Below the pieces are notes generated by a model, which saw only the letters and a program-made list of their open reading frames with translations, did not search any database and had not been told where the DNA came from. From NCBI GenBank assembly GCA_035711365.1, contig DASTCF010000195.1, forward strand, positions 6,644-70,643: 64,000 nt of DNA. Reading direction: 5' to 3'. Of the stretch, positions 19,210 through 31,741 are shown in pieces (within the stretch, counting starts at the first letter, position 1; every line of letters begins with the position of its first letter). Both the position numbers and the translations under genes were made by a program. This DNA comes from Gemmatimonadales bacterium. GTDB lineage: Bacteria > Gemmatimonadota > Gemmatimonadetes > Gemmatimonadales > GWC2-71-9.

Positions 19210-20883
19210 CTACTGGGCCCCGGAGGGCGCGGGCTCGCTGCTCTCGCCGCCCAACTGGAACTCCTCCGGCTCGTCGACCTGTTCGGACGGGATGACGACG
19301 CCATCGCCGCCGAGGGCCCGGAAGAGGCGCCACTGCTCGGCGCGGGCGGTGTGCGGGCGGCCGCCGTTGTACATGAGCGAGACAAGGAGCACGCCGTCCT
19401 GGCGGCCGAGGTAACCGACCACCGTCGAGACGTCGTTCAGCGTGCCAGTCTTTGCCCGGACCACCCCGCGCCCGGGGAATCCGCTCGAGAGCCGATGCAG
19501 CGTGCCCTGGCCGTTGGCCGGCAAGAGCTGCGGGAAATTCCGGCCGGCCTTGGTGAGCGGGAAGCGGGCAAGGTAGGCGGTGAAGGTCGACGGCGCGACG
19601 CGATCGAGGTTCGACAGGCCGCTGCCATCGACAAGGTGGACACCATCGGTCTTCCCGGTCACGGCCAGGACGTGCTCGACCAGGCGGCTTGCGGCGTCGC
19701 GGGTGCCGCCGGCCCACCGGAGCAGGAGCTCGGCGCCGATGTTGAGGCTGCGGCGATTTACCTCGCTCGCCAGTGAATCGAGGGGCGGCGACTCCACCTC
19801 GGCCAGCACGGTGTAGCGGCTCGGCCCCGGGCCGGCGAGTACGATGGTGCCCTGGTCCCACTCGATGCCCGCACCCCGGAGCGCGGCGCCCCAGGCGGCG
19901 CGGAGCACCGTGGTGGGATTGTTCGCGACGGCGGAGAAGGTGCGACCGCGCGAGGACCTGCCGATCGTCCCGCCGACGATCCAGCCGCCCTCCGCCGTCG
20001 CCTGGACCCACAGCTTTGACCGCCGGCCGGCGACCGTCTTGGCGCGGATCTCGACGAGGGAGCCGACTCCGCGTGGCGATTCCCCGGCGATGACCGGACG
20101 CGCGCCCTGCTTCACTCCCGGCCTCACGGTGAAGCGGACAACGTTCTCCGACAGGGTGACCGCACCGATGGGTGGGGCGAAGAGGCGCCCGCGATGGCGG
20201 GTGGACCAGACCGAGGGGTATGAGCTTTCGGCGGGGCCTTCAGCGCTCTGGACAACCAGCGGGCCAGTCAGGCGGCGGATCCCCGCGTCTCTCAGCTGAG
20301 TGGCGAGGTCGGAGAGCTGGGGACCCTGGCGCGAGGCCCGCTCGAGCGACATGTCGCCGTTGACCTCGAGAGCCCAGGTGCCGAACCAGGTGCCGGCCGA
20401 GTCCGTGCCGCCCTGCCCGAGCACACGCGTGGGGCGGCGCGCATCGCCGCCGAGCGTGCTCCGCGCGAAGCCGGTCGTGAAGAGCTTGACGGTCGAGGCC
20501 GGAATGAGGGGCTCATCGGGGTGCAGGCTCCACACCAGGTGGCCCTGCTGGTCCGCGATCGCGATGCCCCAGAGGCCAGGCGCGCGGCGCTGGGCCCGGC
20601 GGTACCAGCTCTCGATCCGCGCCACGACTTCGGCGTCGGCTCCCTGCGCAAACACCGGCGCCACCCCGCACGTGATGTACACGGCGAGGAAGCCGGTGAG
20701 GAAGCGACAAAGGGTTCGGGGCGCGCAGGTACGCGTCACAGGCACACCACCACGTGATTCAGGGACACGGCGGGGGAGGACCGTCCGCCCGAGCAACTCT
20801 GCAAGGACCGTTCCGTACGCTATGAGCCGAAGGCGAGACACCCCCGCCGAAAACACGCGGCAGGGCGCAAGGAGATCGTGCAA
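19210..20883 (-). CDS. dacB: D-alanyl-D-alanine carboxypeptidase/endopeptidase, PBP4 (S13) family
   Basis: 557 aa. Contains SxxK (ASTVKLFT), SGLSNLDRV and KTGTL motifs. The signal-like segment FLAVYITCGVAPVFAQ begins about 50 aa in, so the true start may be internal. Confidence 0.85.
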   Translation of the reverse strand: MHDLLAPCRVFSAGVSRLRLIAYGTVLAELLGRTVLPRRVPESRGGVPVTRTCAPRTLCRFLTGFLAVYITCGVAPVFAQGADAEVVARIESWYRRAQRRAPGLWGIAIADQQGHLVWSLHPDEPLIPASTVKLFTTGFARSTLGGDARRPTRVLGQGGTDSAGTWFGTWALEVNGDMSLERASRQGPQLSDLATQLRDAGIRRLTGPLVVQSAEGPAESSYPSVWSTRHRGRLFAPPIGAVTLSENVVRFTVRPGVKQGARPVIAGESPRGVGSLVEIRAKTVAGRRSKLWVQATAEGGWIVGGTIGRSSRGRTFSAVANNPTTVLRAAWGAALRGAGIEWDQGTIVLAGPGPSRYTVLAEVESPPLDSLASEVNRRSLNIGAELLLRWAGGTRDAASRLVEHVLAVTGKTDGVHLVDGSGLSNLDRVAPSTFTAYLARFPLTKAGRNFPQLLPANGQGTLHRLSSGFPGRGVVRAKTGTLNDVSTVVGYLGRQDGVLLVSLMYNGGRPHTARAEQWRLFRALGGDGVVIPSEQVDEPEEFQLGGESSEPAPSGAQ

Positions 20884-20934
20884 CGGGCAAGGCTGAGGTG
20901 TCCGACGGAATGGGGGAGCCCGGCGGCGACGGCT

Positions 20935-20964
20935 AACTTAGCAAATAACCGTATGAGGTGTCAA
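20935..20964 (-). promoter_or_regulatory. sigma-70-like promoter candidate upstream of dacB
   Basis: The minus strand reads TTGACA-18 nt-TAAGTT in the only AT-rich patch of this spacer, about 50 nt upstream of ATG 20883. Confidence 0.4.
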
Positions 20965-21033
20965 TAGATGAGCCCGGGCTAGTGAAGTTGTTTCACATCG
21001 CCAGGGCTCGTTCCGGCCTGTCCTTGGCGCGGG

Positions 21034-22197
21034 CTATTTCAGGAGCAGCTTTGCAATAGTTTGCAGTTGCATGTTACTGGTCCCCTCGTAGATCGTGCCA
21101 ATCTTGGCATCCCGGTAGAACTTCTCCGCAGGGTATTCTTTGGAGTAACCGTAGCCTCCGAACAACTCCAGGCTCTGTGAAGTGATGCGGTCGGCCACCT
21201 GCGAGCTGAAGAGCTTGGCCATCGCCGCCTCCCGGAGGAACGGCTGGCCGGTGTCCTTGAGCCGGGCGGCGTTGTAGACCATGAGCTTCGCAGCCTCGAG
21301 CTCGGTGGCCATCTGGGCGAGCTGGAACTGGACGCCCTGGAACTCTGCGATCGGCTTTCCGAACTGCTTTCGCTCCTTTACGTAGTTGGTCGCCGCCTCG
21401 AGTGCCCCCGCTGCGACGCCGATCATCTGGGCGCCGATGCCGATCCGACCCTCATTCAGGGTCTCGATCGCAATCTTGTATCCCTGGCCCACCGGGCCGA
21501 AGACGTTCTCGTTCGGCACCCGGCACCCTTCGAGGATCAGCTCAGTGGTGCTGGAGGCACGGATGCCAAGCTTCTTCTCCTTCTTGCCGACCGCGAAGCC
21601 CGGGAAGTCACGCTCTACGAGGAAGCCGGTGATCCCCTTGTAGCCCTTCGAAAAATCGGTGTTCGCGAATACGATGAAAAAGCCCGCCTCGCCGCCATTG
21701 GTGATCCAGAACTTCCGGCCCGTCAGCTCCCAGTGGTCGCCCTTGTGCACCGCCTTGGTCTCGAGCGCGAAGGCATCGCTGCCGCTGGCCGGCTCCGAGA
21801 GTGCGAACGCGCCGAGCAGGTCACGGGCGAGCCGGGGCAGGTAACGCTCGTGCTGTTCCGGGGAAGCCCACCGCAGGATCGCGTTGTTGACGAGCGTATT
21901 GTGGACGTCCACGTAGATGGCGGCGCTGGCGTCCACCCGTGCCAACTGCTCGATGGCGAGTGTCGCGAGGAAAATGTTCCCGCCGGCGCCGCCGAAGCGT
22001 TCCGGAATCTCGACGCCCATCAGCCCGAGCTCGAAAAACTTCGGAATGATGTCGAGATTGAACTGGCCCGCGTCGTCCATTTCATGGACATGGGGCCCGA
22101 CCTCGGCTTCCGCAAACTCGCGGACCGCGGACTGGAACATCAATTCTTCTTCAGTGAGCGCCGTAAGTGGCATCGGCGCGACGGTCGTCTCGGTCAT
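21034..22197 (-). CDS. acyl-CoA dehydrogenase
   Basis: ORF 21034..22293. I set the start to ATG 22197 (MTETTVAPMPLTALTEEELMF). Typical ACAD layout with the C-terminal IYEGTSNMQ block. Confidence 0.9.
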   Translation of the reverse strand: MTETTVAPMPLTALTEEELMFQSAVREFAEAEVGPHVHEMDDAGQFNLDIIPKFFELGLMGVEIPERFGGAGGNIFLATLAIEQLARVDASAAIYVDVHNTLVNNAILRWASPEQHERYLPRLARDLLGAFALSEPASGSDAFALETKAVHKGDHWELTGRKFWITNGGEAGFFIVFANTDFSKGYKGITGFLVERDFPGFAVGKKEKKLGIRASSTTELILEGCRVPNENVFGPVGQGYKIAIETLNEGRIGIGAQMIGVAAGALEAATNYVKERKQFGKPIAEFQGVQFQLAQMATELEAAKLMVYNAARLKDTGQPFLREAAMAKLFSSQVADRITSQSLELFGGYGYSKEYPAEKFYRDAKIGTIYEGTSNMQLQTIAKLLLK

Positions 22198-22264
22198 GGG
22201 ATCTCCGACCCGGGGTCGAGGGCTGCTGCGACGGGCGGGAAGATACCGCCGGGGCGAGCGGTGT

Positions 22265-24100
22265 TCAACGTGCGTCGAGCACTTCGAGCGCAACCGGCAC
22301 GCGGCCGAGCGGGGCGGACACCTGGGCTCCTGCCAGACGGTCCCGGACGGCTGCCAGCATTTCCCGCGCGATGCTCACTCCTTCGGCCAGCGCGGCGTCC
22401 TTGCCCGCCGCGCTTGCACGGCGCATCCGATCGAGTACCTCCTGGGGCACCGTGACGCCGGGGACCTCGTTGGCCAGGAACTCGGCGTTCCGCAGGGACA
22501 CGAGCGGCCAGATTCCGCCGACGATCGGCAGCCGGAAGTGCTCCACTTGCTTCAGGAACCGATCGAGCTGATCGAGATCGAAAACCGGCTGGGTGACCGC
22601 GAACTCCGCCCCGGCTTCAACCTTCCACGCGAAGCGGCGCAGCTCGCGGTCGAGGTCCGGTGCGGCGGGATTCACACCCACGCCGATCACGAACCGGGTC
22701 GGCTCGCCGAGCGCGTTGCCTCCGGGGTCGAGGCCGTGGTTCAGACGGCTCACGAGATTCGTGAGGCCGATCGAGTCGATGTCGAAGACGGCGGTCGCGT
22801 CCGGATACGGACCCATCTTCGGCGGGTCCCCCGTTACGAGCAGCAGGTTCCGGAGCCCCGCGGCGGCGGCGCCGAGGAGGTCGCTCAGCATGCCGAGGAG
22901 ATTCCGATCCCGGCAGGCGTAATGCACGACGGCCTCGAGTCCGACTTCCCGCTCGATCAGGAGTCCGGACAGGAGCGCGCCCATCCGGCTCTGGGCGCGC
23001 GGGCCGTCCGGCACGTTCACCGCGTCGACCCCTGCCGCCTTGAGGGCGCGGACCTGGGCGAACATCGGCGCGGGGTCCACGCCCTTGGGCGGAACGATTT
23101 CGACGGTGGTGAGGAATTCTCCCCGGGCGATCTTCGCGCCGTAGTGTGATCGCTCCGAGAGGAGCACCGGCTCCACCGCGGGCTGGGACACGGGCCCGGG
23201 CACAGCGACCGCCACGTGGCGCGGCGAGACGCTCTGCACGAAGCCGGTCATGGCCTTGATGTGGTCCGGGGTGGTGCCGCAGCACCCTCCGACCACCCGC
23301 GCCCCGGCCTCGACCATGCGGCGCGCGTAGCTCGCCATGTACTCGGGTGAAGCCATGTACATCTTGCGGCCGCCCACCTCGCGCGGCAGGCCGGCGTTCG
23401 GCATCGCGGTCAGCGGGAGCGTAACGACCTTTGCCAGGCTCTCGATCGCCTCGAGCACGCCATGCGGACCGACGGAGCAGTTCACGCCCACGGCATCCAC
23501 GCCCATGGCCGCGATCACCGGGCCGAAATCCGCCGGTGCGGTGCCGTAATGCGTCCTGCCGTCTTCGCCGACGGTCATCTGGGCAATGATGGCCAGGTCG
23601 GACACGCGCCGGACACCCTCGACGGCGGCGCGCAGCTCCTCGACGTCCATGAAGGTCTCGAGGATGATTCCGTCCACGCCACCCGCGACGAGCCCGGAGG
23701 CCTGGCGGGCAAAGGCCGCGCGGGCCTCCTCGGCTGACGTCTCGCCGAACGGTTCCAGGCGAACGCCCAGGGGACCGATCGCGCCGAGGACCGCCACGTC
23801 GCGGCCGCCGGCCGCTTCGCGCGCGATTCCGGCCGCCGCCGCATTCAGGGCCTCGGTATCGGCCGCGAGGCCGTAGTGGGCCAGCTTGAACGGATTGGCG
23901 CCGAAGGTGTTGGTCTCCACGAGCCGGGCGCCGGCCCGGATGTAGTCGCGATGCACGTCGCGCACGACGTCGGGCTGGCGCACGTTCAGCTCATCGTAGC
24001 AGACGTTCACATACACGCCGCGTGAGTAGAGCATCGTGCCCATCGCGCCGTCGGCGACATGCACCCGGCTGTCGGTCAGCAAATCACGCAGCGTGGGCAT
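22265..24100 (-). CDS. bifunctional homocysteine S-methyltransferase / 5,10-methylenetetrahydrofolate reductase (YitJ-like)
   Basis: ORF 22265..24283. I set the start to ATG 24100 (MPTLRDLL...), giving 611 aa. The N-terminal Hcy-binding domain ([29 protein letters not shown]) is followed by an MTHFR domain (VEIVPPKG..VPDGPRA..HYACRDRN..LLLVTGDPP). The upstream part of the ORF lies in a repeat element. Confidence 0.88.
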   Translation of the reverse strand: MPTLRDLLTDSRVHVADGAMGTMLYSRGVYVNVCYDELNVRQPDVVRDVHRDYIRAGARLVETNTFGANPFKLAHYGLAADTEALNAAAAGIAREAAGGRDVAVLGAIGPLGVRLEPFGETSAEEARAAFARQASGLVAGGVDGIILETFMDVEELRAAVEGVRRVSDLAIIAQMTVGEDGRTHYGTAPADFGPVIAAMGVDAVGVNCSVGPHGVLEAIESLAKVVTLPLTAMPNAGLPREVGGRKMYMASPEYMASYARRMVEAGARVVGGCCGTTPDHIKAMTGFVQSVSPRHVAVAVPGPVSQPAVEPVLLSERSHYGAKIARGEFLTTVEIVPPKGVDPAPMFAQVRALKAAGVDAVNVPDGPRAQSRMGALLSGLLIEREVGLEAVVHYACRDRNLLGMLSDLLGAAAAGLRNLLLVTGDPPKMGPYPDATAVFDIDSIGLTNLVSRLNHGLDPGGNALGEPTRFVIGVGVNPAAPDLDRELRRFAWKVEAGAEFAVTQPVFDLDQLDRFLKQVEHFRLPIVGGIWPLVSLRNAEFLANEVPGVTVPQEVLDRMRRASAAGKDAALAEGVSIAREMLAAVRDRLAGAQVSAPLGRVPVALEVLDAR

Positions 24101-24110
24101 CACAACCTCT

Positions 24111-24205
24111 GGTAGAGGCGATGGACGAGATGGGGCTGCTGACGGCGAACCACCGCAGGGGAGTGGGGAAGGGGGTGTCGGTGCTGAGCCGAAGCGGCCC
24201 CACTC
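24111..24205 (-). repeat. ~95-nt intergenic repeat unit, subtype Y (C-rich strand is the minus strand)
   Basis: Its reverse complement matches 60650..60742 with about 5 mismatches in the first 90 nt (aligned by eye). Confidence 0.85.
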
Positions 24206-24240
24206 GGCCGGCGCCTCCCCGTGAGTCGGTTTCCACGAAC

Positions 24241-24339
24241 GCGCTCGGGGGCCCGCGCCGCTCGGGCTCAGCACCCAGACCACACCACCCCGCCCCGGTG
24301 GGGTGGTTCGCCCTCACGGCGCGGACCTCCCTCGCGCTT
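24241..24339 (+). repeat. ~97-nt intergenic repeat unit, subtype X (C-rich strand is the plus strand)
   Basis: Its reverse complement matches 60761..60855 with about 7 mismatches and 1 indel. It shares the core TTCGG(G)CTCAGCACC..C-rich tract..GGTGGTTCGCC with subtype Y. Confidence 0.85.
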
Positions 24340-24348
24340 CTGATCGAT

Positions 24349-28062
<3,714 letters not shown>

Positions 28063-28322
28063 TCGGACTCCAAACGACAATGCCCGGAGCTAAAACGGCT
28101 CTCGGGCAGGCGTTTTAGCGGGTTGTTTAACGTGGCCGCAAGCGGCGCAAATCACCACGGATTCAATTGTACATTGGAGTGTAATGGAGGTCCCCCGGAT
28201 GGCAAGGGTGGTTCAGCCCGGGGTGGGTGGGGATCCCTGCTTGACTGGCCGGTTGGACCTGTGGAATTTCGGGCACCTTCGCACTCGCTGCCAGTCCACC
28301 GGCCACTCCAAGGAGTCCCTCG

Positions 28323-28892
28323 ATGCGGTTCCCTCCGCTCGCCCTGGCTGCCATTCTCGTCCTGCTCGTTCCGGGCTCCGCCGGGGCGCAGGGGTTCGGC
28401 CAGAAATTCGGAGCGATTGTCGGTGGCGCCACGCTCAGCGACCTGAGCACGAACATCAGCGATTCCGAGAGCAGGTGGGGAGGTACGGCCGGCCTGATGA
28501 TGGGAATCAATCGCGGGCACACGGCGGTGACTCTCGAGACGCTCTGGGTCCAGAAGGGTGGGGGCGACCTGCGACTCGACTACTTCGATGTGCCCATCAC
28601 CTTCGGCGCCGCGGTCCCTGCCGGCGGAGGCGCGACCCGGATCCGCTTTTACGGCGGGATCGCCGCGGCGTTCAAGATCGGCTGTGCAGGCGATGAGGGA
28701 CTCTGCGAAGACGCGAATGGCACCGAATGGACGATTCCGGCCGGGCTCCAGGTGGCCCGCATGAGCGGCGACAAGTTCATCGGACTCGATGTCCGGTACG
28801 GATTCGCGCTCTCCGATGCCTTCGACTCGTTCGAGGGGATCAACCGGACCTGGTATTTCCGGTTGTTCGTTGGTCGGCCCGCGGGCGGGTGA
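28323..28892 (+). CDS. small outer-membrane beta-barrel protein (porin-family-like)
   Basis: 189 aa. Signal peptide ending SAGAQ, alternating beta-strand pattern and an aromatic C-terminal segment (RTWYFRLFVG). Confidence 0.7.
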   Translation: MRFPPLALAAILVLLVPGSAGAQGFGQKFGAIVGGATLSDLSTNISDSESRWGGTAGLMMGINRGHTAVTLETLWVQKGGGDLRLDYFDVPITFGAAVPAGGGATRIRFYGGIAAAFKIGCAGDEGLCEDANGTEWTIPAGLQVARMSGDKFIGLDVRYGFALSDAFDSFEGINRTWYFRLFVGRPAGG

Positions 28893-28924
28893 GGCGGGGC
28901 GGTGCCTGCGCGTCGCGCACTCGG

Positions 28925-29215
28925 CTAGGCCAGGCCGAGCGCCTCGCGGGCATCCGCCGTCGTGACGCCGAGGACCACGAGGGTCTTCTGGCGACTGGAA
29001 TGGCCCGCCGTCAGGCTCACCGCGCGCCTTGGTACCGACAGGAGGCGCGCGAGGAAACGCTCGAGCTCCTCGTTCGCTTCGCCGTCCACCGGAGGGGCTG
29101 CGAGCCGAATGCGCACGCGCCCGTCATGGAGGCCGGCGAGCTCACTCCGGGACGCGCGAGGTTGCACCCGCACCCGAAGTCGCACCCCTCCCTCGACCGA
29201 TTCCACCGCGTTCAC
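28925..29215 (-). CDS. DUF167/YggU-family protein
   Basis: ORF 28925..29332. I set the start to GTG 29215, which overlaps the yggT stop (GTGA). Family block: RVQPRASRSELAG..VRIRLAAPPVDGEANEEL. Confidence 0.8.
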   Translation of the reverse strand: MNAVESVEGGVRLRVRVQPRASRSELAGLHDGRVRIRLAAPPVDGEANEELERFLARLLSVPRRAVSLTAGHSSRQKTLVVLGVTTADAREALGLA

Positions 29216-29784
29216 AGAATGATGGCGAGCAGGAGCGCGCGGGCAAGCATCAGGACGATCCAGGCGATCAGCGGGCTGATGTCGAACATGCCGAACGGCG
29301 GCACGCGACGGCGAATCGGCTCGACCAGCCAATCGGTCAGTCGCAGGACGGGGCGCAGCCGCCGATCGTGTTCAGAGAGGCCCAGCCAGGAGGTGATCAC
29401 CCGTACGATGAGCGCCGCCATCAAGACGGTGTAGGCGACGTTGACGGCGAAGCCCACCGTGCTGGCTGCCCCGCCGGAGAAGGCAGACCGCATTTCGGAC
29501 AGGAACCGGCCCAGCCAGGAGAGTGCGCTCAGCAGGAGGAGCCCGCCAATGATCGCTCCGCCACAGAGCCACAGCGGCGCGTCCTGGGGATTGCGCCCTG
29601 CCCGGAGCAGGCGGCGCTCGATGGGACCGAGGAGCGGGTCTCCCCAGCGGCGGACAAAGCCCGCCCAAGCCCCGAACGGATCCAATCTTCGCTCGCGCAC
29701 GGCCCAGTGCGTCAAGGCGATCATCGAGGATGCCGCGAGGGCGGCGATGACGATCACTCGAGCCAGCGCAAGCAGCAGACTCAT
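29212..29784 (-). CDS. yggT: YggT-family integral membrane protein
   Basis: 190 aa with two YGGT-like repeats. It shows the conserved yggT-yggU gene order. Confidence 0.8.
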   Translation of the reverse strand: MSLLLALARVIVIAALAASSMIALTHWAVRERRLDPFGAWAGFVRRWGDPLLGPIERRLLRAGRNPQDAPLWLCGGAIIGGLLLLSALSWLGRFLSEMRSAFSGGAASTVGFAVNVAYTVLMAALIVRVITSWLGLSEHDRRLRPVLRLTDWLVEPIRRRVPPFGMFDISPLIAWIVLMLARALLLAIIL

Positions 29785-29794
29785 GCGGTGGTGA

Positions 29795-30259
29795 TCAATG
29801 GCCGGCCGGCCGGCGCACCGTGTAAGGGTGTCCCTGACCGGTCGAGTCGGTGCAGGTGATGGTGAATTGACCGTCGTTGAGCGCCGATTCCTCGAGGATG
29901 TCGATCGGCGCCCGGCAACTGGTCAGCACCTTCCCGATCGGACGCCGGAACATGACGATGGCGACGGGCGGCCCCTCAGTTTCGAGCACCCGGGCAACGG
30001 CGGGTGTGAGGCTGTCGACGCCGGCTTCGCGCAGGCTCGGCGGATAGCGGCGCTGGTGGGTTGCCGCGTAGCTGGCGGCGCGGTCAAGGAGGTCGAAGAC
30101 TTCCCGGCCGAGGCGGTCGGCGTCCGCCTGGGCCGCCGCTCCACGCGGGGCGGGCGGGGGCGCGCCTGGGGCCGGCTTGTCGCCATCGCCGCAGCCGCTT
30201 GCTCCGAGGAATGCGGCGAGGATGGCGGCAGCGACCCGGCTATTCCATCGCGAATTCAC
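29795..30259 (-). CDS. lipoprotein of unknown function
   Basis: 154 aa with lipobox AAFLGASG/C. 20-nt overlap with the upstream desaturase stop. Confidence 0.6.
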   Translation of the reverse strand: MNSRWNSRVAAAILAAFLGASGCGDGDKPAPGAPPPAPRGAAAQADADRLGREVFDLLDRAASYAATHQRRYPPSLREAGVDSLTPAVARVLETEGPPVAIVMFRRPIGKVLTSCRAPIDILEESALNDGQFTITCTDSTGQGHPYTVRRPAGH

Positions 30260-31244
30260 GATTGAACACGACTTCGAATGAGAAGGTCCGGGCGCGACTC
30301 CGGGTCTCGATCAGCTCGGCGATGCGACGCAGCCGGTCGGGGATCTGCATGATCCGGTCCTGCGCACGGCGCCCGATCTCGTTCAGTCCGCTCAGTTTGT
30401 CGATCTTCCAGTAACGGATCTGCTCCTGGACGATCTTCAGATAATCCCAGGGCCCGTAAATGCCCGCCCGCCGGACCACGTCTGCGAAATCGCGGAACCC
30501 CGGAATCGTCACCCCCGGCATGTCGATGCCCGGGAGGATGTGCGAGGCCGATTCCAGTGCCGCATCGGGATCGCGCTGCAGCACCTGGTCGAAGATCGTG
30601 CGATAGAAGTTGAAGTGCCGGGCTTCTTCCTGCGCGACCTTCTCCAGCACCTCGCCGAGCGTAGGCTCGTACTCGCCGACGACCCGCGCCGTTTCCGCGT
30701 GCGAGCGCTGTGTCGCACGTTCCTGGACGCTCGTGTAGGCGAAAACCCGGTAGGGATCCTGGTCCCAGGAGGGATGGAACCCGGCCCGGATGTATTCGAA
30801 TTGCATTGCCTCGAGGCGTCGCTGGTCGAGCAACTCGGTGTCCCGGGCGTAGTCGTGCAGCACCTGGCCGTGCCGGTCTTCCTCGGCGGTCCAGAGATTC
30901 AGCCACGCCCGCCAATGGCTGTCCTCACCGACGTGGCTCGCGAACAGCCGGTGGAAGTGGGGCAGGCCTTCCTCGGTCAGCAGGTTGAGCGCGATGGCAG
31001 CCCGTGCGTGGTCGGGAATGCCCTCGGCACGCTTGCGCAACGCTCGCCGGTGCTCCTCCGCGGACTCCCCGGGGGCGGGTCCGAGCACCTCGCTGGGGAA
31101 CCAGAGCGGCCGCTTGGCTTCGTGCTGGGCTATGAGCTCGCGCACACTCGCCTCGAGGTCCCGGAGGACCTCGAGCTTCGACCAGAGGTGTCGCGCCGTG
31201 TCAGTCACTCCCATGCCGAGCCTCCCGAGGGGACCAAACACCAA
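30240..31244 (-). CDS. acyl-ACP desaturase (soluble di-iron, DesA-like)
   Basis: 334 aa with di-iron motifs WTAEEDRHG and AQEEARH. The start could be Met11 (31214). Confidence 0.88.
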   Translation of the reverse strand: MVFGPLGRLGMGVTDTARHLWSKLEVLRDLEASVRELIAQHEAKRPLWFPSEVLGPAPGESAEEHRRALRKRAEGIPDHARAAIALNLLTEEGLPHFHRLFASHVGEDSHWRAWLNLWTAEEDRHGQVLHDYARDTELLDQRRLEAMQFEYIRAGFHPSWDQDPYRVFAYTSVQERATQRSHAETARVVGEYEPTLGEVLEKVAQEEARHFNFYRTIFDQVLQRDPDAALESASHILPGIDMPGVTIPGFRDFADVVRRAGIYGPWDYLKIVQEQIRYWKIDKLSGLNEIGRRAQDRIMQIPDRLRRIAELIETRSRARTFSFEVVFNREFAME

Positions 31245-31312
31245 GGCCGGAGTGGCATCGCCACCCCGGCCCCATAACCTAACCGCTTCTCCGCCATCCG
31301 TCAGGAGCCCCG

Positions 31313-31741
31313 TCAGTCCCCGTCCAGCGGCTTTTCAAGCAGGTACCAGGTGCCTCCGCCGATGTAATTGGCCCGTACAAGGGTGCGGCTCCAGCCGAGG
31401 GCGGCCAGCAACGATTCGGACTTGCGATCCTCGGTCCAGAATTCGGCAAGGTGGGCGCCGCCGGCACTGGCGTGCTCCTCGAAGGCGTGGAGCAGCCGAT
31501 GGCCATATCCCTGATGTCGCTCAGCCGGGGTGACGGCAAGTTCCAGCAGGTGGGCGACGCCGCCCCGCAGCGTGTACCGGAGCCCACCGATCCAGTCGCC
31601 GATATCGCTGGTGAGGACGAGGTACCGTTCCTCGACATGGCTGGTCGTACCGTTGGTCTCGTCCTGGTCATCGAGCAGATCCGAGAACCAGGCCGCGAAT
31701 TCCTCGCCCTGTTCCATTTCGCGGATCTTGAGCTCGCTCAT
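31313..31741 (-). CDS. GNAT-family N-acetyltransferase
   Basis: ORF 31313..31765. I favour ATG 31741 (MSELKIRE) because a GGGGG box lies 7 nt upstream. Acetyl-CoA motif: LAVTPAERHQGYGHRLL. Confidence 0.8.
   Translation of the reverse strand: MSELKIREMEQGEEFAAWFSDLLDDQDETNGTTSHVEERYLVLTSDIGDWIGGLRYTLRGGVAHLLELAVTPAERHQGYGHRLLHAFEEHASAGGAHLAEFWTEDRKSESLLAALGWSRTLVRANYIGGGTWYLLEKPLDGD

Noticed and set aside
24111-24339. The repeats as a CRISPR array, a DGR template/variable repeat pair, or a tRNA-like element (the GGTGGTTCGCC motif resembles a T-arm).
   Set aside because: Each locus has only two or three units, in opposite orientations and without regular spacers, so this is not CRISPR. The mismatches between copies are not adenine-specific, neither copy lies in a coding region, and no reverse transcriptase is present, so this is not a DGR. 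No acceptor or anticodon arms can be drawn, so this is not a tRNA.
24101-24348. A possible SAM riboswitch upstream of the YitJ-like gene, by analogy with the B. subtilis yitJ S-box.
   Set aside because: The spacer is made of the X and Y repeat units, which recur downstream of ccmD in an unrelated context. I could not find the SAM-I core elements in it.
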